IMG/VR virus record: IMGVR_UViG_3300020274_000016
Location: 1-32,308 of that record
Reading direction: 5' to 3' (one strand)
Origin: a virus
Taxonomy: Duplodnaviria; Caudoviricetes
DNA length: 32,308 bases
Part shown: positions 9,300 through 20,000 of the stretch, piece after piece
Layout of the letters: each line of letters starts with the position of its first letter
Position numbering within the stretch: the first letter of the stretch is position 1
The notes under the pieces: generated by a model
Told to the model about the DNA's origin: nothing
The model's database searches: none
The model's input: only the letters and a program-made list of their open reading frames with translations
Program-made: the position numbers and the translations under genes

Positions 9300-10838
9300 T
9301 CAGAATTCTAAGATAATTTTAATATCTTCACGTTGGTTTGTTGCTCTAGTTACTTCAGGTCTTTGGTCAATGTAGATTATATTACCAGAGTATTTTTTGA
9401 TCTCTGGGTTTGCTAATCCACTGTTGTATGTTTGTCCAAAATAATATGTTCTTGAGTTCACTGTAGTTGAAACTCCCGTGAAACCTGTGTCGATTGACAA
9501 GGTTTCTGTTCCTCCTGTAGTGGTAACAATAATATTAGTATTGCCTCCACTTGCAGGGTTAGCAGTGAATCTATTTAGTTTGTATCCATAGGTAGGTTTA
9601 TTACCTGAGGAATCGTTTGTAGCAAGGGATCTGTCTTGCCAATATTGTAGTGATTTTGTGACTGGATCATATCCTATGATTTGACCAACAGCAGTGGAAC
9701 CAACTCCCACAGTCTGTGTGATCTCACCATCTATAGCAACCGACATACTGGTGGTTGCTGCACCTGCCAATCTCAACCCATATACTCCTGATGCAGATGA
9801 AGCAGTAAGTAAATTTGTGCTGCCAAATTGCTGTGGGTTTTCTATAATACCTATTCTTGCGAACTGGTTACCAGTTGGAAAATCTGGGTTTGTGACATCA
9901 CTGTTCTCTATACGAGAATATACAAGCACTTTATTAGCACCTAATTCTCTGTATATGTCTGCACCGTGACCGCCTGGTGGTGGCACAATGACAGAGAATG
10001 ATGCACCACTTCCTGTCACCACATCATCAAGGTCAAGAGTTCCAAAAGAATATCCACTACCACCATTAGTTACCTGAACAGCAGAGGGTTTACCGTTGAT
10101 GAATGTGACAGATGCCAGACCATCAGATCCATCTCCCCTTATGGGAACAGCATTCTTTGTACCATTGAATTGATATGTCGCATTTGTGACATCTTCAATC
10201 ACTATAGTTTCTATTTTACCATCCACAGCAGCGTTTCTTACATCTGCAACTGCTGTGTTAGAGTTCCAATCTGCAGGAACAGGAATAAATTCTGCACTGT
10301 CAAATTTTATAATATCACTTGGTTTTATAGTATAAAGATATTTCCAAACATAACCATCACTTTCTAATCTAGGTTGCAAATCTGTATGTGTGGGTTCTTC
10401 AAGAGATATAACACCACCACCACTGTTAGATGGTGAAGCACCATTGTATATGCACTCATATACTCTGAAATCTGAGTTCATGACATAGAAGTTTGCTTTA
10501 TACAAACTTGATGAGTTTGTCTGTGGACTCAACCTATCAATACTATAATCTGGACGATACATCTCATATATCGTTCCTGTTTCCCATGTAATCTTTTTGA
10601 TTACTCTCAACACATCTGTTGAAGTTATTTTTTTGGCAGAAATTAGAGAATCGTATACATTATCATGCTCGTCAAAATTATCAATAGGAGAAGGAGTTGC
10701 TGTGTTCCAATCCGATGCAACTGAGGTTGCATTTGGTAATCCTATGAAAACATAATAACTATTGTCGGTTGTCGAAATTCCGCTAACGAAATTCGTCGCA
10801 TTCAATACTCTTATCTGATCAGTGATGATCGCTGGCAT
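9300..10838 (-). CDS. gp8: Baseplate wedge subunit gp8 (512 aa)
   Basis: MPAIITDQIRVLNA..YYVFIG..W..GTIYEMYR..FYVMNSDFRVYECIYNG..EPT..DGYVWKYLYTI..PPGGHG..SGNIIYIDQR..R..NQREDIKIILEF, hallmark motifs of T4-like gp8. Confidence 0.92.
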   Translation of the reverse strand: MPAIITDQIRVLNATNFVSGISTTDNSYYVFIGLPNATSVASDWNTATPSPIDNFDEHDNVYDSLISAKKITSTDVLRVIKKITWETGTIYEMYRPDYSIDRLSPQTNSSSLYKANFYVMNSDFRVYECIYNGASPSNSGGGVISLEEPTHTDLQPRLESDGYVWKYLYTIKPSDIIKFDSAEFIPVPADWNSNTAVADVRNAAVDGKIETIVIEDVTNATYQFNGTKNAVPIRGDGSDGLASVTFINGKPSAVQVTNGGSGYSFGTLDLDDVVTGSGASFSVIVPPPGGHGADIYRELGANKVLVYSRIENSDVTNPDFPTGNQFARIGIIENPQQFGSTNLLTASSASGVYGLRLAGAATTSMSVAIDGEITQTVGVGSTAVGQIIGYDPVTKSLQYWQDRSLATNDSSGNKPTYGYKLNRFTANPASGGNTNIIVTTTGGTETLSIDTGFTGVSTTVNSRTYYFGQTYNSGLANPEIKKYSGNIIYIDQRPEVTRATNQREDIKIILEF

Positions 10839-10868
10839 TATTTTGAAACTAAATTAGTTCGTAATTGT

Positions 10869-10875
10869 TATTTAT
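10869..10875 (-). promoter_or_regulatory. T4-type late promoter (ATAAATA) upstream of gp8
   Basis: tatttat on plus; overlaps the TAA stop of the upstream gene, 30 nt before the gp8 ATG, in the only sizeable gap of the baseplate cluster. Confidence 0.7.
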
Positions 10876-13800
10876 GTGTAATCCAGTGACAATTTCGATG
10901 TCCTCTGAATTTGAGGAGCAGTTGATAATCCAGTGAGACCATTCAAAGGATTGACAGTAAACGCTAAACCTACAGCTCCCGTTGTAAATTTGGCGTAAGA
11001 ATATGCACCATAGAAGTTGCCTGCACCTGAACTTAGTCCAGTCACATTTACTCCATGACCTGATGCAACCTCTGTGAATACCCTTATTGTTGAACCTGCA
11101 CCTACTCTTGCTATGTTGCTAACTTGGAATACACCATCCACAGCAATTGTAGTAATACCAACTGTTGTTGAACCGTCAAGTGACATCGCTGTCACTCCTG
11201 ATCCAATATTTGATCTACTTACAAGGAAGAAATCACCTGTGCCTATACCAGTCTCAGTAAACCCACCAAACGCATTATCTCTCAGGACTGAGTTAGTAGG
11301 TATAGAGAATTCAAATTGTAGACCTTTCGCAGTAGATCCAACACCAACTATAACTCCGTCATCACCTTCCATTGTCACAGACTCAAGAGATCTGTAAGGG
11401 TTAGTGAATCCAGTCGTACCAAATCCAGTGTTGTCTTTATCTGTATCTACAATTTTTATATCAAACTCAGTAACATTTGGATCTTCAGTTTTTGTAAATC
11501 CAATGACACCTGATTGTCCGTACATCACAGTAGATGTTGTACCTACACCAGCTATGAGTCTAGTTGCAGGTTGAACTCTACCAACATACAACCCTCTTGC
11601 CTTACTTACCTTGACTCCATCAACGAACTTGTCATCTTCTTGTTTTCTCCATGTCACAGGTCTAAGCGGTGTTTTAGATGCTGTGATACCTTGTCCCTTA
11701 TAGATTGTAGTTTGTAATGTGTCTCTTGATACCACCTCTCTTATAATCCTAGGGTCTTGTTTCAACAAAGACCTATCTTTTGATGGACTTTCAATTGTTA
11801 TAATGTCACCCTTTAGTATAGTCTCTACTGCTTCAGCGTTGATGATGTCAGCGTCAGTTCCTCTATAGAATAAAACTTGCAATGATGCACCTGTTGGTGG
11901 TGGTTCTGTAAATTTGAGTTGTGTTCCACCCTCAAAGGTATATGCCTTGCCAGGTTTTTGTAGCACATCATTTATGAATATTAATAATACATCATCAAGA
12001 CTGATTGGACTACCTGGTGTCTTCTCAATACTAATTGGTTCACCATTTTCTCTCAGTGTAAACTGAGTTTTACTACTATTGAATTCATTAGAGAAATTAT
12101 CAAGTATTTGGAATTTACCTAATACCCATCCTGAAAACTTATCATCACTTGTTTCAGTAACAGTGAATGTAGCAGGTTGAAAATTAGTTCCAGCACTAAA
12201 GTTTGTAGGTATGCCTGCTATTGTAAGGACTTCTCCCACAGTAAAACCATATCCAGTATTTGTAATTACAGGTTCTGATATACTATCACCCACACCAATT
12301 TTTATTGATACTGAAGCACCCACACCAGTGTTACCACTTATCAGTTTTATATCATCATAAGCATATGGTGAATCAAATTCAAGCAATGGTACATTTGTGA
12401 ATGTGTATCCTACACCTGGCGTTCCATCCATAAAAACTTTTTTTATTCTTCCGTCTTGTATAGAAAATGTACCTGCTGCTGATGTTGTTGGATTACCACC
12501 TATCACTCTTACTCTAAATTGTGTTCCAGCTGACCTGTATCCACCACCAGTAAATCCCATAGCGACAGTTATGGTACCAAAACCCGATACCACAGCAGTT
12601 CCAAACCCAGTTTGTAATTGCTGGTATCCAAATCCTTGAGAATTACCCAACCCAACTATGATACCTTTTCTGGGTAATCTATTTGCATTGACATCAGATG
12701 TGCTGTAAGTCTCAGTTTGACCTGCTATGTCGTTTCCAGTAAAAGTAATTGATGTGATACCTGAATGTTCATTGTATCCATAATCTGTATCTGGTTTTTG
12801 GAATACATTATTGATGAGTATGACACCAAAATCAGTATTGATGCCAGTGATGTTTGAACCATTACTTGTTAGAGTAAAAGTTTTACCCACACCTGTAAAC
12901 CCACCAGATATATCATCGAGCACAAAGTTACCTCTGTAATCAGATCTCATAAATGCTCTACCTTGAAACTCACTACCATCCACCACGTCAGCTACAAGGA
13001 GATTGTGTGTGCCAATACCTGCAGATGTCAAGGTGATACCCACACCTGTCAAAGCACTAGGTTTGTCCTTTGCAAATGAGAAATCATTATTACCATTTTT
13101 GATTATGAAATAATCATTGTTACCTACAAGAGGTGCAGGTGGTGTTCTTGATCTTAGTTTTATTTGTGTGCCAGTGCTGAATACCTCAGTCAACGCTGTA
13201 AATCTACTTGCAGATACATTTACCGCACCCGACTGTATTCCAATTGTTTGTCTAGTGCCACCAAACGGTGTGTCAGCAAAATGTATTTTGTTTTTTCTTA
13301 TATTGTAATCACCTCTCACTAATTGCACTGGATCATTTACTAAGTGTGCTTCTTCTTGAGTGCCCATCCATGCTCGATCCACCAATACGTTGTCAGCATG
13401 TGTACCAAACCCAATCACTTGGATACGCATGATCTCATTACCCATTTTTATAATATCATAATTTTTAAACTTATTAGGATCTGTAAATCTTGCTTCACGA
13501 TTGAACATCGTGCTCTTCAAAGTTGTTGATACGTTTGTATTTTCAAGAAGAGGTGATTGTATTACATTGTCAATAGTGACAATACACTTAGTATCTAATT
13601 TTTGAGTGGTGAAACTTTGTGTTGTGCCAACACCAACTGTTGTCAAACCTATTGGGTCACTTGACACAGCTAAGTCTCTAGTCGCAGCAACTTTAAATTT
13701 ATTTTCATCTAATTTTATAACAAAAACAGTTGATGGTAATGTTGTTGCTGCACCAACACCAGGACTATTATGATCTATACCAACAGGTGTGCCAGCAAAC

Positions 13801-14006
13801 GCTTCATATGTCAATTCTTCACCAGTGGTAAAAAAATGATTCTTTATAACAAAAGTATCTTTACCAATCAATACATCAGATGCTGCACCAGCGTCAAACT
13901 CATGAGAAAATAGTTGGTCACCTTTGTGTGTCAACCTAAAAGAGGTTTGAAAACTCTCACTTGCAGTATTGAATTGTTTATTGACTGACGCTAATTGAAA
14001 TGTCAT
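10872..14006 (-). CDS. Baseplate-associated structural protein (gp7 C-terminal-like / VrlC-like), 1044 aa
   Basis: Between gp7-like gene and gp8 with TAATG coupling. G/T/V-rich. Motifs NHFFTTGEELTY, IDNVIQSP, ILINNVFQKP and LIFINDVLQKPGKAYTFEGG..FTEPP are typical of cyanomyovirus baseplate proteins. Confidence 0.75.
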   Translation of the reverse strand: MTFQLASVNKQFNTASESFQTSFRLTHKGDQLFSHEFDAGAASDVLIGKDTFVIKNHFFTTGEELTYEAFAGTPVGIDHNSPGVGAATTLPSTVFVIKLDENKFKVAATRDLAVSSDPIGLTTVGVGTTQSFTTQKLDTKCIVTIDNVIQSPLLENTNVSTTLKSTMFNREARFTDPNKFKNYDIIKMGNEIMRIQVIGFGTHADNVLVDRAWMGTQEEAHLVNDPVQLVRGDYNIRKNKIHFADTPFGGTRQTIGIQSGAVNVSASRFTALTEVFSTGTQIKLRSRTPPAPLVGNNDYFIIKNGNNDFSFAKDKPSALTGVGITLTSAGIGTHNLLVADVVDGSEFQGRAFMRSDYRGNFVLDDISGGFTGVGKTFTLTSNGSNITGINTDFGVILINNVFQKPDTDYGYNEHSGITSITFTGNDIAGQTETYSTSDVNANRLPRKGIIVGLGNSQGFGYQQLQTGFGTAVVSGFGTITVAMGFTGGGYRSAGTQFRVRVIGGNPTTSAAGTFSIQDGRIKKVFMDGTPGVGYTFTNVPLLEFDSPYAYDDIKLISGNTGVGASVSIKIGVGDSISEPVITNTGYGFTVGEVLTIAGIPTNFSAGTNFQPATFTVTETSDDKFSGWVLGKFQILDNFSNEFNSSKTQFTLRENGEPISIEKTPGSPISLDDVLLIFINDVLQKPGKAYTFEGGTQLKFTEPPPTGASLQVLFYRGTDADIINAEAVETILKGDIITIESPSKDRSLLKQDPRIIREVVSRDTLQTTIYKGQGITASKTPLRPVTWRKQEDDKFVDGVKVSKARGLYVGRVQPATRLIAGVGTTSTVMYGQSGVIGFTKTEDPNVTEFDIKIVDTDKDNTGFGTTGFTNPYRSLESVTMEGDDGVIVGVGSTAKGLQFEFSIPTNSVLRDNAFGGFTETGIGTGDFFLVSRSNIGSGVTAMSLDGSTTVGITTIAVDGVFQVSNIARVGAGSTIRVFTEVASGHGVNVTGLSSGAGNFYGAYSYAKFTTGAVGLAFTVNPLNGLTGLSTAPQIQRTSKLSLDYT

Positions 14007-17000
14007 TAGTACGTTACGGTTGTGTTGCTTGAAACTGAATCTGGTTTATCAATCTTCAATTCATGTGTTCTTATCGTATACGCTTTGTTAGCAACAGGTA
14101 AGAATTTCAACTGCGTATTTGTGCTAGTAATATGTATGCTAGTATTTGACATATTACGTTTTTCACTGTCAGATGTGAATAGATTATTGTAAGTATTGAA
14201 TGTAGCATTCCCACCAAATGAGTTTGATCCAACTATGAATACTGAATACTCATCATCAGTTGTATTGTGTATTTCAACATGGAATCTGCATGTGGTGTAA
14301 TTGGCGTATGATTTTTCAGATATTATTTGATCACTAGGAGACCCATTAGCAGGCAGTTGTATAAATGTGCTGTCTAACATAGTGTCACCTATATGATACT
14401 CATCAACTATGCCTGAGTTTGCATGAGTTTGTGCCACACCTACTGCCCTGACAAGAGAAGATACTGTTACTGCCATTCCCACAGGAGGAGTGTGTTGCAA
14501 TTTCAATACATCACTTGTATTGTCTAAAGAAAATGTACCGATGTCTGTATCAGCATCCATTTTACCAGTGTTTGTGAATATGACATTGTTTGAACCATCA
14601 ATCAACCATAAGAATTCATCTATTTCTTTTTCGCCACTAGGACCTCTAGCTGACACTAAAATACTGCCAGATTTATACATGGTTGCATCCACTTCATCAA
14701 CATCTTGTAGAGTGTTACTTACTGCTAGAGATTTTGTAACTCCTTTGTATTCAACTAATCCAAATGCGGTAGATGCTACACCAACACCATTCGTAATTAT
14801 CTCTTTATGGAATGTAATATCATATTCTAATGCTGAATTGTTAGGTATATACAACACACTTGCAAGAGGTCCGTTTGTCTCAGCACTAAATTCTCCAAGG
14901 TCATCAGAGTCAGATAATTCTGAATAGGTGTTTAGATAAGCATTTGTGCCATCATGGAATACAACAAATTCTGAATACTGAGTTGCATTGAATGATATAC
15001 CTGCTGATACGTCAAGAGTTACTTGAGCGTAATATTTGACAGCACTTATACCATCACCTGCAGGACCTCCTGTCAACATGTCAAATGTATCTAATTCTAC
15101 AGATCTTACAAGGTTAGGATCAGAGTAGAATTGTGGACTTATATCATCTAATTCTAATACACGGTTTGTCTTACAAATAAGTCCATCACCAAATCTACCA
15201 GATAAGAATTGAACTTCGTCACTTATATTTTCATCAAGGTTTGTATTCTCACTTACAAGATCGAAGTTATGAGTGTCTAGTAATGACGCTTGTGCATCAA
15301 TAACAACAACATTACCTGCACCTGATGATATACCAGCAGGTTGTGAACTGGTGGTTGGTACAGAATTTATAAGATGATCAGAGTGTTTCTTGAACCCTGC
15401 TATGTGAGCGAGAGAGTCGACTGGTTCACTCCAACTATTAATGCCAACAAAACTCTTGAGCGAGTATGCAAAGTATTGATAGTAATCATTATCTTGAACT
15501 CTTTGATAAAAATCATTTAGTTTACCTGTATCTCTCTCCCAACCAAATGCTTTTTCAGATGATGTGTCGAGAGTAAAGTATCCTTCATATGCTTGTGATG
15601 AGTCAATTGTTCCACCTGCTTTAGAGAACTTACCAGTGATAACATCACCAACATTGAATCCTACAAGAGAATCAATTCTTAAAGTATTTCTTGTTTTACC
15701 TTTTCCTATGATAACTCTTGACTCTTGACCTGATGATGACACAACTGGTTCACCATTTAGAAATGTGCTTTCAATTAGATTGACCTTGAACTTAGCAAGA
15801 TCTTTATCCTTGACAACCACACCGTATTTTCCAAGGTCGTGAACACCAGGATCTCTGTCAACCTCATATGTAAGTGTTGCTTGATTTACGTTTCCGAATG
15901 CAGTGTTTACGCCAGTAAGAGTAAACGACTTATAACCATAGTCAGCTGAGTTGAATCCATTTCCAGTGGATACGCCTGTATTTTCTACAAATACTTTATC
16001 TCCTACTGCGAATGGTATTGGCACTGCAGTGGTAAATCCTGTAAGAGGTGTTTGTAGTCTGAGTGTGACGTTTGGTTCATTGTATGTGCAACTTATGATA
16101 CCAACACCGTTTGAATTATTCACAGCAAATAATTCAACATCACCTGAACTTAAATTACCGCCAGCAAATATAACTTTGACATTTGAAACAGATCCACCCT
16201 TTATCTCTGCTTCAAATTCTGCATTTTGATTTATTGAATCTGTCTTACTATTGTATACTACAAAATCAGGAGGTGTAAGATAGTTTCTACCTGTAGATGT
16301 AATTGCCACACTATCCACAGCAAAATTATCTTTCAAAAACAATACTTGTGGCACTGCTGCCTGTGGTTGTAGTGTCAAATCAGATGGATAATCATACCCA
16401 GTATCAACTAATTGAACTTCATCCAATCTACCTATGTCTCTTCCAAACGCTTTGAGGTTGGCAGAGGATCCAGTTGTAGATGCTATTGATACTTGAGGTA
16501 TATCTTTGTAATTAGACCCACCACCCTGTAATAGGACTCTTGCAACACCGCCTCTGACACTTGGTGAGTTAGTTATGTAAGAAATTTGAGATTCACTTGT
16601 ATATCCTACCTTTTCAGGAACTGTGAATAGATTCCAACTGAATGTGTTTGCATCTTTAGATAGTATTGTATGATTTCCTGTAAACTTACTTTGGTTTACA
16701 AATATTTTAGAATAGTCTCGTATTTCCTTGTTTACTTCTATGACTTTAGTATTCTGTAAAGGTAAGAATTTGTAGTACAATACATCAGGCACACGATCAG
16801 TAAAGTTTATAGATGTTTTTGACCCTGCGTTGCCAGGTATGCCAGTGTTTATAACTTCTATTGCAGATTTACCTGTGCCTACAAAAGGTTTTTTATAATC
16901 TTGATCTAAGAAGAATGATAGTTTTGTATTTTCAAGTGATATGTCAGATGTATCTATTTCTAGTGTATCACCTGTAATAAGAGATATTGGAGGATTTATT

Positions 17001-20000
17001 GATGATCCTATACTCACATACCTTGACCCTGAATCATATACTGCAGATACAGAACTGGTTGCGGAAGACACAACAGTCAAATTAAGATTATCTCCTCTCT
17101 CAAATGTGTGACCATTAGATGTTGCTGTAACACCAATTATTCTAAGTGTGCCAGTGACAATATCTTTTTTTGTTTTGAAGAAGTGAGTATTACCGATTGC
17201 CACATTTCCACTAAACATTACTCTATTGGCATCAGATCCTAAGTCAGTTTGAGATGTAACAATACCTATCAAGTTATTATCTAATACCTGCACAAATACT
17301 TCAGGTGGCAGTGGTCTCTTGAACGCACCTGCAACTCTCTTCATTGCATCAGTTTGATATGTAAGCGAGGTACCTGCACCTGGACTATACTCTACTTTCT
17401 CACCATTCCTAAATGGGTGATTTGGTATGTAGATTGTCCTTGTTGGTATGAATATGTCTTTTGTTTCATTTCCAAAGAATGATACTATTTGATGACCACC
17501 TCTCCCAGCTACTGTCACTGTGGTGCCAATACCTACACCAAAAGTATTACCTGTACCCACCACTGATTCAGCATTGAAGTAATATGCTACATCTTCATTT
17601 GTGGTCAAATTGACAGGTTTAGATAATTGATATGTAAATTCATTCTCTAGTCTTGTAATTGTAGATCCAAATGTATGTGCAGCACCTGCTGTGCCATTTT
17701 GTGCTCTAAGTAATTCCAGCCTATTATTTTTTATATCAAAATTTATTATCTTTAATTGTTCACTATCAATCTGTAAAATGTCATTTATTTTAAATTTGTA
17801 CCCCTTGATCACATCAGGTATCCAATCAGAGATAAGAACACTTGTGGTAAGACCTGTATTGTTTACACTTGCCATTGATACGCCAAGACCTGTGCTTACT
17901 TCTTTAAGGTCAATTTTTGCGTTACGCACAGCGAGGTTTGAGTGAGTGCTTGTTGATATGCCTATTATTTCTACAAAGGAATTATCAGCAACTCCGATAG
18001 GTCCTGTGTGTATGCCCGTGACACCATTCGCATTTACAACTAAAACTATGTCTTCTATTTCAGTAATTGATGATGTTATATTTGTTATGTCAGGACCTTC
18101 AACAAAGTTGACTTTACCTATCGCACCAAAACCACCCGTCAAACTATTATCAAAAACTAATTTGTCACCAACATTATAATTTTTACCTGTGGTTACTATG
18201 TCAATTCTATCAATCAAACCATTCTTAGTTTGAGTTATTTTTGAGTTTATAAGTGTATTTTTGTTCGCCTGTGCCACATACTCATACTCAGATATATTGT
18301 ATGGTTCAGTATTTCTTACCAAACCCAGTGAAGGAAGATTTAGATCTTGATTAGATTCATATGAATTATTGAAAGTTTGTAATTTAGAATTATAAGTGTC
18401 ACCTACAATGTATGGGAATACTGGTGTTCTAGCATTGTTGAAAGGACTATTGGGGTTATTCACCTCAATAGCATCAACTGTTGTGTAGTATGCATACACA
18501 CCATTTGGATATTCAGGAGTAGGAGCAAATCTACCGTTGTGCTCATCAAGGTCACCAGTACCCTCTACATAAGTAAAATCTTCTACGAAAAAACCAGCAG
18601 GGTAAATGTTGATGTTAGGTCCGTCAACTCTAGAACTCGCTAACTTACGATAACTTGATTCTATATACTTTTTCTTACCATCAACAATAGCGTAAGGTCC
18701 GTAAATTGGATTACCATCATACGCCCAACCAAGAATAGGTGAATGATCTTGACCCACATCACCTAAAAAGTTTCTTAGATTACGAGGCACATAATAATTT
18801 ACATAAGGATTACCTAAATCAAAATCTCTTGGTGTTTCCAAGAATCCATCATCATCTTTTACGTCACCAAACTTGGCATATCTCTCTACTTGGTTGATAG
18901 TCCATTTCTTGACCTCACTAGAGAAGATAGCACCTTGGCCAGGTGTTTTTGCTGTGGCAGTTGTTTGTGCTTGAGTGTATCCAGCACCCTTTGTTATAAT
19001 ATCAATACTTGTTATAGTACCATTTGTTATATTTGCTTTTGCTTTACATCCTGTGCCATCACCATCTATGATAATATCTGCACTAAAGAAGTTTTCACCA
19101 CCATCTTTTATGATGATTTGATCTACACCACCATTTACAATAAATGGTTGCAAGAATGCTTTTTCACCAACAGTGTGTTCTATTACTGGTTTGAAATTGT
19201 CATTTATGACTGTAGATCCAAAATCACTACCTTTTTGACTTACATGCACCGCAGTTATATTTCCTCTTATTATCGGTGTAGCAGTTGCATTGATTGTTGA
19301 TATACCTTGTCTACCACTAATGTCCACTGATATTGGAGGATCTTGAAATACATGAGTCCCCAATCCATTATCATTCAAACTTATAAACGTTAGTAATTCC
19401 TTGTTGTCAGATAATCTAAAACTATCATCATCAATTTTCTCAATAAAATATTCACCACCATTTGTAAGACCACCTATGGCAGACTCGGTAGATGTGTACT
19501 TGATTATTTCTGAATTATTAAATCCGTGAGAGGGAATCACGATTGTATCAATAAATGTATTGATACCAGAGCTAGTATGTACCTCTCTGTTCTTAAATAA
19601 ACCAACGTCCTCTGTTAGGATTTTGTCAACCTTTTGTCTTCTAGAAGTTGTTTTGAAACTTTGTAAACCACCACCGTTAGTGGTAAGATCGATTGTACCT
19701 ATACCAGATAATGCTTTTGTTTTTGATACAGAAATGTGAATTTGAAAATCGTCTATTTTTACAACAAAATAAGGTGCTGTGTCGACCAGAAGACCTGGTG
19801 TAATACCAATACCTATGCCTGTGCTACCGTTAGTTTGATATATAATCTCCTCTCCATTCTTGAATCCATGTGGTGATGAGAATACAAACCTATCTGTAGC
19901 AGTATTCACCACACCACCAGTAGATGTTGAATCAAATTCAACAGTTTGATTGACAAACTTCATCTTTGCCTTTGCTATGGCTGTGGTATTGTTGCCACCA

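Noticed and set aside
9572-9578. Intragenic CTAAATA inside gp8
   Set aside because: About 280 nt from the next start and within coding sequence; expected by chance in AT-rich DNA.
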